Source of the DNA: [Bacillus] selenitireducens MLS10
GTDB lineage: Bacteria > Bacillota > Bacilli > Bacillales > Salisediminibacteriaceae
Assembly (NCBI RefSeq): GCF_000093085.1
Contig: NC_014219.1
Coordinates: 1,634,384-1,666,383, forward strand
DNA: 32,000 nucleotides
Direction of reading: 5' to 3'
Shown: positions 1-8,871 of the stretch, one piece after another
Position numbering within the stretch: the stretch's first letter is position 1
Layout: every line of letters starts with the position of its first letter
Position numbers and translations under genes: made by a program
Notes under the pieces: model-generated
Database searches by the model: none
Told to the model about the DNA's origin: nothing
Seen by the model: the letters and a program-made list of their open reading frames with translations, nothing else

Positions 1-1
1 G

Positions 2-352
2 GTGATCGTGGATACGGCCCATAACGTCGAGGCGATCCGGACCACGATTGCCAATATCCGGACGCTTTATGCATCCAAAGAGGTCTCTGTCCTGTTTGCC
101 GCGATGCAGGATAAACCCGTTTCTGCGATGCTGAAGGCCTTTCAAGAAGCAGGGCTGAAACCGGTTGTCACAGATTTTTCGCATCCGCGTGCGATGAAGC
201 AAGAAGCGTACCCAAAGCCTTACGAACGGGCGGCCGACGCAAAGTCGTGGGTTAAAGCACACCTCAAGGAAGCCGCGTCAGAGGATGTTCTTCTCATTAC
301 GGGTTCTCATCAGTTTATCGGGGACATGCGGGCATTTGTAACAAAATGCTGA
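2..352 (+). CDS. folC: Folylpolyglutamate synthase / dihydrofolate synthase, C-terminal fragment (5' end outside window)
   Basis: The ORF is open at the window start. It has a Mur-ligase-type C-terminal tail (IVDTAHN..., LLITGSHQFIGD). It sits upstream of the prepilin-peptidase/maf/radC/mreB block, as folC does in B. subtilis. Confidence 0.6.
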   Translation: MIVDTAHNVEAIRTTIANIRTLYASKEVSVLFAAMQDKPVSAMLKAFQEAGLKPVVTDFSHPRAMKQEAYPKPYERAADAKSWVKAHLKEAASEDVLLITGSHQFIGDMRAFVTKC

Positions 353-364
353 ATTTCATCAATA

Positions 365-396
365 TGTCAATATTCGTACAACTTTTGTGGTATATT
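365..396 (+). promoter_or_regulatory. Candidate sigma-A promoter for the GGDEF gene (extended -10, weak -35)
   Basis: TGgTATATT at 388-396 is an extended -10. Only a poor -35 (TGTCAA at 365-370) lies upstream. The site is about 45 nt before the TTG start at 441. Confidence 0.35.
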
Positions 397-440
397 GGTG
401 ATATCTCTTTTAAATAACAGAAGCAGAGGAGGGGGAAGCG

Positions 441-2183
441 TTGCAGGAAAACAAACGGATCGGGATCTTTTTCGTCTGGCTGCTGACGGTTCCGCCTTTT
501 TTGTATTATATGATTGAAACGGCCGGAGCGATGTGGCTTGAGCATATGTGGTCCATCCTCGGTTTCATGATACTGATCACGCTCGTTTCGATTTTTCCGG
601 TAGAGATTAAAGGGACTACCTTTATCCCGGTTCACGGGGTATCACTTGCCGTATTTCTCCATTTTGGGCTTCTGACTGAGGTTCTTTTGACCCAGGTGGC
701 GATTCTCGTGGTCCTCTTGAGTCTGCGTCTTCCGCCGGAGGAGCGGTTCCGGATGCCGTTGAACTCGCTCATTTTTCTTTTGACGTCGCTTTTTTCAGGA
801 GGCGCTTTTTATCTCTTCGGGGGAACGACGGGCTCTGCCTCTTTTGAAAGCATTACAGCACAGGTGATTCCGGTCGTCATCTACACTTTGGTATATTTTC
901 TCGCAAACAATGTCCTGATCTACTTCGTACAGCGTGTCCTGCAGAAAAAGAAGGTCCGTTTTCTGAGCGAGGGACTCACGTGGGAAGCGGTGACGGCAAT
1001 CTTTATCCTCCCGGTCGGGGTGACGCTAGCATATCTGTATCACGAGCTCGGCATGGTCGCACTTCCCCTGATCGGGGTCCCGGTTGTGGCCGCTTCTCTC
1101 ATCCTCAAGTTCTACCACGACGGGAAGCATCTGATTGATCAGCTCCAGCAGGTCAGTGAATTCGGTCATGAGATCAATAGCATGACCGACAGTGAAGCGA
1201 TGTATGAGCGGTATCTCGAAGCCTGTTACACGATGTTTCCGGCAGACGGGGTGCTGTTATTCGATCCACCGATAAATGGGAATGACCGGCTTGTTCCGGT
1301 TTACCTCGACTGCCCCGGTAACCGCACAGATATGGCGATCCGAAACGGCGATCCTGTCAGCAAGACGGTGATCGAGTCCGGAGAAGCGATCCGTTACCGC
1401 TCACGGAGAGAAGCCGGAGCCCGCATGTATGAATTGTTCAGTTCGAAAGCGGAATCCATGCTCAGTGTACCGGCAGTCCGGGGAGGTCAGGTGACCGGGG
1501 TTTCAAGTCTTGTCAGTACGAGAAAGAAGGCCTTCACGAAGAAGCATCAGATGCTTCTGGAGATTCTGTTAAACCATTTAACGGTATCCATTAACAATGC
1601 CCGTCACCTTGAACGGGCGCAGAAAGAAAGCATGCAGTGTGCGCTCACAAAGCTCCATAACTACCGTTTCTTTGAACGGACGCTTCAGGAACATTATGAA
1701 GGCAACGATGATGATTTTGCGGTGATCCTCCTTGATCTCGATCACTTCAAATCGGTGAATGACCGGTTTGGGCACAGTGCCGGCAATCAGGTGCTCCATC
1801 AGGTGGCGAGAACGCTTGAATCGGCGGTCACATCCGGCAAAGCGTATACGGTTGCACGCTACGGCGGGGAAGAATTCGTCATCCTGCTTGATCAGACGAC
1901 GGCGGAAGACGCCACAGACCAGGCGGAACAGATTCGTCAGACCCTTGAAGAAACCGTGTTTCACGTTGATGATGACCTTCAGCAAGGCGGTCAGACGAAG
2001 GCCCTGACGCTCACGGCGAGTATCGGTGTCGCCGCGAGACGGGCTGACGATGAGGATCCCCTCGGCATCGTGCGTAACGCGGACCGGGCCATGTATACCG
2101 GGGCGAAGAACAACGGCCGAAACAAAGTGGCGGTCTATCCGTCTGAAGCAACGTTCCACCCGGGTAATCAAACTGCGCAATAA
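441..2183 (+). CDS. Membrane-bound diguanylate cyclase (multi-TM N-terminal domain, GAF-like domain, GGDEF domain)
   Basis: TTG start 7 nt after the GGAGGGGG RBS. The first ~220 aa are hydrophobic with several TM helices. The GGDEF domain has an intact RYGGEEF active site plus DLDHFKSVNDRFGH and GRNKV motifs. No RxxD I-site lies 5 residues before GGEEF. Confidence 0.9.
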   Translation: MQENKRIGIFFVWLLTVPPFLYYMIETAGAMWLEHMWSILGFMILITLVSIFPVEIKGTTFIPVHGVSLAVFLHFGLLTEVLLTQVAILVVLLSLRLPPEERFRMPLNSLIFLLTSLFSGGAFYLFGGTTGSASFESITAQVIPVVIYTLVYFLANNVLIYFVQRVLQKKKVRFLSEGLTWEAVTAIFILPVGVTLAYLYHELGMVALPLIGVPVVAASLILKFYHDGKHLIDQLQQVSEFGHEINSMTDSEAMYERYLEACYTMFPADGVLLFDPPINGNDRLVPVYLDCPGNRTDMAIRNGDPVSKTVIESGEAIRYRSRREAGARMYELFSSKAESMLSVPAVRGGQVTGVSSLVSTRKKAFTKKHQMLLEILLNHLTVSINNARHLERAQKESMQCALTKLHNYRFFERTLQEHYEGNDDDFAVILLDLDHFKSVNDRFGHSAGNQVLHQVARTLESAVTSGKAYTVARYGGEEFVILLDQTTAEDATDQAEQIRQTLEETVFHVDDDLQQGGQTKALTLTASIGVAARRADDEDPLGIVRNADRAMYTGAKNNGRNKVAVYPSEATFHPGNQTAQ

Positions 2184-2213
2184 CGCGCCATTACATATGA
2201 TTGAGGTGCTTTT

Positions 2214-3275
2214 ATGACAACGCTAGTATTTTTTTTCATTGGCTGGGCTCTTTTGTTTGTCCTGCTCCTGCTCTTACCTTCCATTTTTAACAGAAAAGTA
2301 ACGGCAACCCTTGCCGGGATCTCCGGGCTTCTTGCGCTTTTTGTCATCGCCACGGAAATGTTCGTGTCCTGGCAGATGGCGGTCGGCGCAGGGCTTCTTC
2401 TGACCGTGGTGACAAGCTTCCTCACGGCAAGACGGGTGGAGGTATTGGACGATGAGATCGACGGGGAAGAGTCGGCTGTACCGGCACTTTACGAACCGGT
2501 ATCACGCCGCGATCCGGAACCTGATCCTGAAACGGAATCAGCTGTCCAGGAAACAGGAGAACAGGCAAACGATGTAGATGCATCAGAGTCGGAGGAATCC
2601 GGCGCAGTTGCAGGAATGGACGAGACATCACAGTCCGAAGCGGAAGAGGCTGAGGAAGCATCTGAGCCCCAGGAAACTCCTGAGATGGATGAAGAAGACA
2701 AATCCACGATGGCGGAGGTGGAACTGGCATCAGATCCTGCAAAAGGCATCGGCGAGTCCCCTATACAAGAAGAGGAAGAGGAGACACCGGACGAAGCGGA
2801 AGGTGAGATCCCGAGACGGTTTGTTGTCGAGGCGGATGAAGAGGATCATGAGGCTCCGTCTGATGCAGATGATGAGGACGAAGCCGAAGAAGAAGCGGGT
2901 GCGAGCCGGCTGATGCATCAAGACGGGGAATCGTCCCTTACCGAGCGGCGGCCGTTAAATGAAGAGGATGAGGAGCCGATTATGAAGCGGTCGTCATCGA
3001 TTGATGTGGAAGAATTCAGCGAAGAAGCAGGCGATAAGGAGGCACCGGAGGAAGAAGAGCCGGAAGAAATGCCTTCTGTCACGGATCCGCATGATGTGAA
3101 TGAGAAACGGAAGCGCCTTTTTGAGGCCTTGGCCGATAAAGACGATGATGAAGCAGGGGGCAGGACAAATGAAAAAATCCTTTTTAGCAGTACTTCTCGT
3201 TACGGCGATGAGTGTGGTGTTTCTCACAACCTTTACATATGCCATGACGTTTACGTACGAAGTGCTGTTCTCTGA
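2214..3275 (+). CDS. Membrane-anchored, extremely acidic low-complexity protein (about 3 TM helices, then ~270 aa of D/E-rich sequence)
   Basis: GAGGTG RBS 5 nt before ATG 2214. The N-terminus is hydrophobic (LVFFFIGWALLFVLLLLL...) and is followed by a long D/E/P/S-rich tract. The 3' end overlaps the next gene by 107 nt in another frame, so the exact end is uncertain. Confidence 0.6.
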   Translation: MTTLVFFFIGWALLFVLLLLLPSIFNRKVTATLAGISGLLALFVIATEMFVSWQMAVGAGLLLTVVTSFLTARRVEVLDDEIDGEESAVPALYEPVSRRDPEPDPETESAVQETGEQANDVDASESEESGAVAGMDETSQSEAEEAEEASEPQETPEMDEEDKSTMAEVELASDPAKGIGESPIQEEEEETPDEAEGEIPRRFVVEADEEDHEAPSDADDEDEAEEEAGASRLMHQDGESSLTERRPLNEEDEEPIMKRSSSIDVEEFSEEAGDKEAPEEEEPEEMPSVTDPHDVNEKRKRLFEALADKDDDEAGGRTNEKILFSSTSRYGDECGVSHNLYICHDVYVRSAVL

Positions 3276-4653
3276 AGAACGCCTTGACCGCAATGCGATG
3301 ATTGCGTCAGTCGATCTCTCGGACATGAACCGGGAGGAAGCGCGGGAAACGTTACAAAATGAGATCCGCGACTGGCAGGAACAGGCGATTGTGGACGTGA
3401 CCTGGTTTGACGACGTATTGAGCCTCCCTGGAAGCGTCTTTGAGTTCAGAGTGGAGGAGACCCTTGATCACTATTTCTCCGATGAGTCGGATCATGAGGA
3501 ACTGATTGTGCATGTTCGTGAAACGAGCCTCGAAGATCAGCTTCGGAGTCTGACGGCACCGGAAGACATCATCCGGATCGTCGATATGCCTGAGCTGATG
3601 GATCAGCTTGAAGCGGAAGCCTCAGCCTTGAATCTGGAAATTTCAATTCCTTTGCGTGACACCCTTGAGCCCTTTGAACGTCTTGAAGAGACGGTGACGG
3701 TAAGCGTGTCTAGAGGCGTGGATCAGGGGCCGCTCCTTGAAGACTGGCTGTCAAGAGAGCCCGAATGGCTGGTGGAAGCGGGCGAAGAATTCAGAGTCAG
3801 TGATGAGCTCTCACCGTTTAACGGCGGGGAACTGATGAATATCCTGAGCTCCGGTGTGTATGAAGCGGTACTGACGATGAACTTTGACATCATCGAACGG
3901 CATACGAGAGAACAGCGCTATCCGAATGTCCCTCTCGGTTATGACGCCTTTATGGACGGAAACGGCCGGGATCTCGTGTTCCGTAATCCGATGGATACCG
4001 ACTATGTCATCGGGTTTGAAGAGGCATCGGGCGGTCTTTCCATTACGGTGACGGGTTATGAACTGCCGTATATGATGGAAGTCCGTCTCGAAGATGTCCG
4101 TACCGTCGATCCGAAGACGAAAGTGACGCATACCCGGGATCTTGAAGCCGGCGAGTCGAGAATGGACAGTTTTGGCGAGAACGGTGAATTTGCGCTCGTG
4201 ATGCGTTCTCGGTTTGATGAATTTGGCGAGCTGATCGATGAGGAAGTCGTCAGCCGGGACTTTTACCGGTCGGTCAACGCCCTTGAAGAACGAAGCAGCC
4301 TTGAACCGGAGCCAGAGCCCGAGCCGGAAGAAGAGCCAGAGAATGACGGCTTCCCTGAGAACGGCAACGGGGAGTTCCCTGATGAGTTTCCGGACAATGG
4401 CGACTGGGATGATTGGGACGACTGGAACGATTGGAACGGCGGCAACGGGTTTCCGGATAACGGCAATGGAATCGACGGGCAAAACGGGAACGGCTCAACG
4501 GGCAACGGCACAGATCCGTCAAACGGTAACAACAGCGGTACCGGTGACGGATCAGATCAGAACGGCGGTGGCGTGAATGGAACGAACGGGACGAATGGTC
4601 CTGATATACCGTCTTCCACCGATGAGGATGGGAATCCGATCAAAGGCATGTAG
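3169..4653 (+). CDS. Signal-anchored VanW/YoaR-like protein with a W/D/N/G-rich low-complexity C-terminal tail
   Basis: I prefer the internal ATG 3169 (MKKSFLAVLLV..., GGGGG RBS 8 nt upstream) over the ORF-track start at 3100. The segment LSSGVYEAVLTMNFDIIERHTREQRYPNVPLGYDAFMDGNGRDLVFRNPMDTDYVIGFEEASGGLSITVTG follows the VanW-domain pattern as I remember it (G.DA.V...DL.F.N.TDYPI). The tail reads DNGDWDDWDDWNDWNGGNG... Confidence 0.65.
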   Translation: MKKSFLAVLLVTAMSVVFLTTFTYAMTFTYEVLFSEERLDRNAMIASVDLSDMNREEARETLQNEIRDWQEQAIVDVTWFDDVLSLPGSVFEFRVEETLDHYFSDESDHEELIVHVRETSLEDQLRSLTAPEDIIRIVDMPELMDQLEAEASALNLEISIPLRDTLEPFERLEETVTVSVSRGVDQGPLLEDWLSREPEWLVEAGEEFRVSDELSPFNGGELMNILSSGVYEAVLTMNFDIIERHTREQRYPNVPLGYDAFMDGNGRDLVFRNPMDTDYVIGFEEASGGLSITVTGYELPYMMEVRLEDVRTVDPKTKVTHTRDLEAGESRMDSFGENGEFALVMRSRFDEFGELIDEEVVSRDFYRSVNALEERSSLEPEPEPEPEEEPENDGFPENGNGEFPDEFPDNGDWDDWDDWNDWNGGNGFPDNGNGIDGQNGNGSTGNGTDPSNGNNSGTGDGSDQNGGGVNGTNGTNGPDIPSSTDEDGNPIKGM

Positions 4654-4671
4654 ACAGAGCGTACGGACAGG

Positions 4672-6354
4672 ATGGGGGCAACCATAATGGCAAAACAGCG
4701 AAAGCGGATTGGGGACCTGCTTGTGGAAGCGGGTCTCCTCACAGAACAGCAGGTACAGGACGTACTGAAGGTCAAGGGGAGTGAGAAACTCGGGGATGCA
4801 CTGATCTCAAGGGATTATATTACGGAAAATCAGCTCATTGAAGTCCTCGAATTCCAGCTTGGGATTCCCCATGTGCACATCAATCAGCAACCGGTGGATG
4901 AATCGGTGATCCGCCTGATCCCGAGGGACTTCGCCGCACGAAATGAAGTCTTTCCGATACAGAAAAAGAACAATCAGCTCCAGGTGGCGATGAGTGATCC
5001 GATGGACTATGTGACCCTTGAAGACATTCGCATGTCCACGGGGTTCGAAGTCGATCCGGTCATTTCCGGAAGAAGAGAGATCCAGCAGGCGATTGAGCGC
5101 TACTATGATGATCAGGACGGGGATCTGGACCTCGATATCGAAGATCAGGAAGACGACACCATCATCAGCGCCAACGTGGATGCGGAGAACGAGGACGATG
5201 CGCCGATTATCCGTCTCGTTAATAAGGTCCTCGTCAAAGCTGTCGCCAAAGGGGCGTCTGACGTTCATATTGATCCACAGGAGAAGAAGGTCATCGTCCG
5301 GTACCGGGTGGACGGCGTTCTGATGACGGATCGGGCCGTTCCGAAGTCCGATCATAATGCCGTCGTGGCACGAATCAAAATTATGGCGAACCTGAACATT
5401 ACCGAAACCCGCCTGCCGCAGGGCGGACGGGTAAAAGTGTCCATTGAAGGTCGCCCCGTCGATCTGCGGATCGCGACCCTTGCCACCGTATTCGGAGAGA
5501 AGATCGTGATCCGGATCCTTGACATGGACAATGCCGTCAAGGACGTCTCGGAGATCGACCTGAATAAAATCAATCTCGATAAATTCAGACGGCTGATCAA
5601 ACGCCCGTCCGGGATGGTGCTCATTACCGGTCCGACGGGTTCGGGGAAGACGACGACGCTCTATGCGGCGATGACCGCTCTCAATACGCCGGACGTGAAC
5701 CTGATTACCATCGAAGACCCGGTGGAGTACCAGGTCAAGGGGATCAATCAGGTCCAGGTCAATGCGCCGATCGGCCTCACGTTTGCAAGAGGGCTCCGGT
5801 CGATTTTGAGGCAGGACCCGAATATCGTCATGATCGGCGAGATTCGGGATAAGGAAACGGCAGAGATTGCAATCCGTGCTTCCCTCACAGGTCACCTCGT
5901 CTTCAGTACGATTCACACGAACAGTGCCATCGGCACGATTCCGAGACTGATCGACATGGGGATTGAACCGTTCCTCGTCATGAGTTCCCTATCGGGGATC
6001 GTCTCCCAGCGTCTCGTGAGGAAGGTGTGCGCAGAATGCGGGGAGGACTACGAACCGACGGAGAACGAGCGGGCGATGTTCGACAAACGGGGTATACCCC
6101 TTACGAGACTTCGAAGAGGGAAAGGCTGCCCGATCTGTAATGAGACGGGCTACAAGGGCCGCATGGCCATTCATGAAGTGCTCGAAATCGATGACAAGAT
6201 CCGTCGCATGGTGATGAACAACCAGCCGATGGAGGATGTCCGGCTCTATGCGATGGAGCATGACATGATCTTCTTACTTGAAGACGGTCTCTTAAAGGTG
6301 AAACAGGGCAAGACGAGTCTTGAAGAACTTTACCGCGTAGCCATGGACGACTGA
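4672..6354 (+). CDS. pilB: Type IV pilus assembly (extension) ATPase PilB, GspE family
   Basis: Walker A GPTGSGKTTT, Asp box, His box and a tetracysteine CAECG...CPICNETGYKGR. The N-terminus has a GSPII_E_N/MshEN-like domain. ATG 4687 is an alternative start with better spacing to the GGATGGGGG RBS. Confidence 0.93.
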   Translation: MGATIMAKQRKRIGDLLVEAGLLTEQQVQDVLKVKGSEKLGDALISRDYITENQLIEVLEFQLGIPHVHINQQPVDESVIRLIPRDFAARNEVFPIQKKNNQLQVAMSDPMDYVTLEDIRMSTGFEVDPVISGRREIQQAIERYYDDQDGDLDLDIEDQEDDTIISANVDAENEDDAPIIRLVNKVLVKAVAKGASDVHIDPQEKKVIVRYRVDGVLMTDRAVPKSDHNAVVARIKIMANLNITETRLPQGGRVKVSIEGRPVDLRIATLATVFGEKIVIRILDMDNAVKDVSEIDLNKINLDKFRRLIKRPSGMVLITGPTGSGKTTTLYAAMTALNTPDVNLITIEDPVEYQVKGINQVQVNAPIGLTFARGLRSILRQDPNIVMIGEIRDKETAEIAIRASLTGHLVFSTIHTNSAIGTIPRLIDMGIEPFLVMSSLSGIVSQRLVRKVCAECGEDYEPTENERAMFDKRGIPLTRLRRGKGCPICNETGYKGRMAIHEVLEIDDKIRRMVMNNQPMEDVRLYAMEHDMIFLLEDGLLKVKQGKTSLEELYRVAMDD

Positions 6355-6396
6355 ACGTCACGACGATATACTGCATGAAGAAAGGGGCGAACGGCC

Positions 6397-7428
6397 GTGA
6401 AAGAACGGATTGAAGAGCTACTCAGAAAGGCATTCTATGATGGTGCGTCAGATTTGCATATTACCGTGGGTGTGCCCCCGGTCATGCGGACGAACGGTGA
6501 ACTTGAGAAGGTCGGGACCGACATGATGAAACCGGCGGACACGGAAGGGATGGCCCGAGCGATCATTCCGGAAGCGCTCTGGAAGAACTTTGAGAAGAAG
6601 GGGGAGCTCGACTTCTCCTATGGCCTTCGGGGCGTATCCCGCTTTCGGGTGAACGCGTACTTTCAGCGCTCCTGCGTGAGTCTTGCGATCCGCGTGATTC
6701 CGACAGTGATTCCGACGATTGACGATTTGAATATGCCGAAGATCCTGGAATCCATCGCCTCAAAGCCCCAGGGGCTCGTCCTTGTGACCGGACCGACGGG
6801 CTCCGGGAAATCGACGACCCTGGCAGCAATGATCTCATACATGAACACAAGGATGAACCGGCACATCATCACCCTTGAAGATCCGATTGAGTATTTGCAT
6901 AAGCACGGCACGTCGGTGATTGACCAGCGCGAGATCGGCTTTGACACGCAGAACTTCGCCAACGGCCTCCGGGCGGCGCTCCGTCAGGATCCGGATGTGA
7001 TTCTCGTCGGGGAGATGCGGGATCTTGAGACGATCTCCACGGCGATTACCGCGGCGGAAACCGGACACCTCGTCCTCGGTACGCTTCATACGACGAACGC
7101 GCCGTCAACGATTGACCGGATCATTGACGTCTTCCCCCCGGGCCAGCAGGATCAGATCCGCATACAGGTGGCCTCTGTCCTCACGTCGGTCATCTCGCAG
7201 CGTCTTCTTCGCACGAGAGACGGCGGCGGCCGGGTGGCGGCGACGGAGATTCTCATGAATACGCCGGCGGTGAAGAACCTGATCCGAAACGAAAAGATTC
7301 ACCAGATCCCGTCCACGATGCAGACCGGTAAGGCAGAAGGGATGCACACAATGGAGATGGCCGTGAAGGATCTCCTGCAGGAGCGCAAGATCAGTGAAGA
7401 AACGGCAGCTTATATCCTGTCGGAATAA
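6397..7428 (+). CDS. pilT: Type IV pilus retraction ATPase PilT
   Basis: 343 aa with a GTG start. Motifs are GPTGSGKSTT, the typical PilT LRQDPDVILVGEMRD and GHLVLGTLHT, and the AIRNLIRE-like box (AVKNLIRNEK). Confidence 0.93.
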   Translation: MKERIEELLRKAFYDGASDLHITVGVPPVMRTNGELEKVGTDMMKPADTEGMARAIIPEALWKNFEKKGELDFSYGLRGVSRFRVNAYFQRSCVSLAIRVIPTVIPTIDDLNMPKILESIASKPQGLVLVTGPTGSGKSTTLAAMISYMNTRMNRHIITLEDPIEYLHKHGTSVIDQREIGFDTQNFANGLRAALRQDPDVILVGEMRDLETISTAITAAETGHLVLGTLHTTNAPSTIDRIIDVFPPGQQDQIRIQVASVLTSVISQRLLRTRDGGGRVAATEILMNTPAVKNLIRNEKIHQIPSTMQTGKAEGMHTMEMAVKDLLQERKISEETAAYILSE

Positions 7429-7487
7429 CAGAAACAATCCATTCAAATGATCCATGAACGGATCCAGTCAGGAAAGGAGGACGGCAG

Positions 7488-8696
7488 ATGGCTTACTATC
7501 AATACGAAGCCCGCTCGAAGCAGGGCGAGCTTGTCTCCGGCAAAATCAAAGCCGATTCAAAGCTGCAGGCAGAGCGTAAACTGACGGATGAGAAGGGTGT
7601 CAATGTCTTGAACCTCAGTCAGATGGAAGGCATTCTCTATCAGGATATCGAGGTCTTCAGCCGGGTATCGAGCAAGGATATGGTCATCTTCCTGAGGCAG
7701 ATGACGACGCTCTTGACGGCCGGGATTTCCCTCGTCGACAGCGTGCGTCTCCTCGGAGAACAGACCCCAAACAAGGCGCTCCGCTCAGCCCTCGTCGAAG
7801 TGGAGGAAGACCTGAGGCAGGGCATCAGTATGTCCCAGTCCACAGAAAAGCACAGAAAAGTCTTTCAACCGCTCGTTGTGAACATGATCCGCGCCGGGGA
7901 GGCCGGGGGTAACCTCGATGAGATCTTCGAACGCCTCGCCGTTTATTATGAAAAACAGAACCGGATTAAGCAGAAGGTCATCTCCGCCCTCGCCTATCCG
8001 GCCACCCTTGGCGTCATCGCCATCGGGGTCGTCATGTTTCTTCTCGCGGTCGTCGTGCCTAGCTTTGCGGACATGTTCGCGGGCTTTGACAGTGAACTGC
8101 CCTGGATTACGCTGTTTGTCCTCAATGCCGGGGATTGGATGCAGTCGTGGGTATGGCTGATTCTTCTCCTCACGGTGGCCGCGATCTTCGGGATCCGTGC
8201 TGCGCGGAAGAATGACGATATGCGGTATTATCTTGACTATTTCATGTTAAAGATGCCGATCGTCGGAGGGATTCTTCAAAAATCCGCCCTGGCCAGGATG
8301 TCCAGGACACTGAGTTCACTCTTTACAAGCTCCGTACCCGTCCTGCAGGCGACATCGATCGTTGAGCGGGTCGTGGGGAACGAAGTCCTCGCGAACGTCA
8401 TACGCGACATCCGGACCTCCCTTGAAAAAGGGGAGTCCATGGCCGGACCGATGGAGAAGCACTGGATGTTCCCGCCGCTCGTTGTCCAGATGGTCGTTGT
8501 CGGGGAACGGACCGGTTCTCTTGACCAGATGCTTGACCGTGTGGCACTCTTCTATGAGGAGGAAGTGGATCAGGCAGCGGAGAGGCTGAAGAGTCTCATG
8601 GAGCCGATGCTTATTGCCGTTCTCGCCGTTGTAGTCGGGGTCATCGTCGCATCCATCGCCATCCCGATGTTTGAAATCTTTGACACGATTGGATAA
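7488..8696 (+). CDS. pilC: Type IV pilus platform protein PilC (GspF family)
   Basis: 402 aa with two GspF repeats (...VNMIRAGEAGGNLD..., ...VQMVVVGERTGSLD...) and 3 TM segments. GGAAAGGAGG RBS. Confidence 0.92.
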   Translation: MAYYQYEARSKQGELVSGKIKADSKLQAERKLTDEKGVNVLNLSQMEGILYQDIEVFSRVSSKDMVIFLRQMTTLLTAGISLVDSVRLLGEQTPNKALRSALVEVEEDLRQGISMSQSTEKHRKVFQPLVVNMIRAGEAGGNLDEIFERLAVYYEKQNRIKQKVISALAYPATLGVIAIGVVMFLLAVVVPSFADMFAGFDSELPWITLFVLNAGDWMQSWVWLILLLTVAAIFGIRAARKNDDMRYYLDYFMLKMPIVGGILQKSALARMSRTLSSLFTSSVPVLQATSIVERVVGNEVLANVIRDIRTSLEKGESMAGPMEKHWMFPPLVVQMVVVGERTGSLDQMLDRVALFYEEEVDQAAERLKSLMEPMLIAVLAVVVGVIVASIAIPMFEIFDTIG

Positions 8697-8762
8697 AGAC
8701 CTGCATGAATGAATAGAAATGGGTCAAAAGAACCTAAAAGACAGAAGAAACGCAGAAAAAGA

Positions 8763-8791
8763 TAGCAGACAGGTGCCAATCCGTGTATAAT
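8763..8791 (+). promoter_or_regulatory. Candidate promoter for the pilin leader (perfect -10, weak -35)
   Basis: TATAAT at 8786-8791. The hexamer 17 nt upstream is only TAGCAG (8763-8768). No terminator is visible after pilC, so read-through from pilC is also possible. Confidence 0.3.
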
Positions 8792-8871
8792 AGAGTCAGG
8801 ATAACGCACAAAATTGACAAAAACAGTCTAAAGTAATTGAGTGGAAAAATAATCGTTAACGTGAACCGTCA

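Noticed and set aside
2214-4653. Fusing the acidic ORF and the VanW-like ORF into one frameshifted gene (pseudogene call).
   Set aside because: The downstream ORF has its own G-rich RBS, an ATG and a typical N-terminal signal anchor right at the overlap. Two separate genes are more likely. The possibility of a sequencing indel is left open in the findings.
4807-5916. 369-aa ORF on the minus strand, antisense to pilB. Similar long antisense ORFs occur at 21666-22742, 12760-13560, 23398-24180, 11217-11936, 3811-4482, 17333-17914 and 14911-15462.
   Set aside because: Each is fully contained in a + strand gene with clear family motifs. Their translations are low-information R/H/D/I-rich strings with no RBS context. 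They are typical shadow ORFs of GC-biased codon usage.
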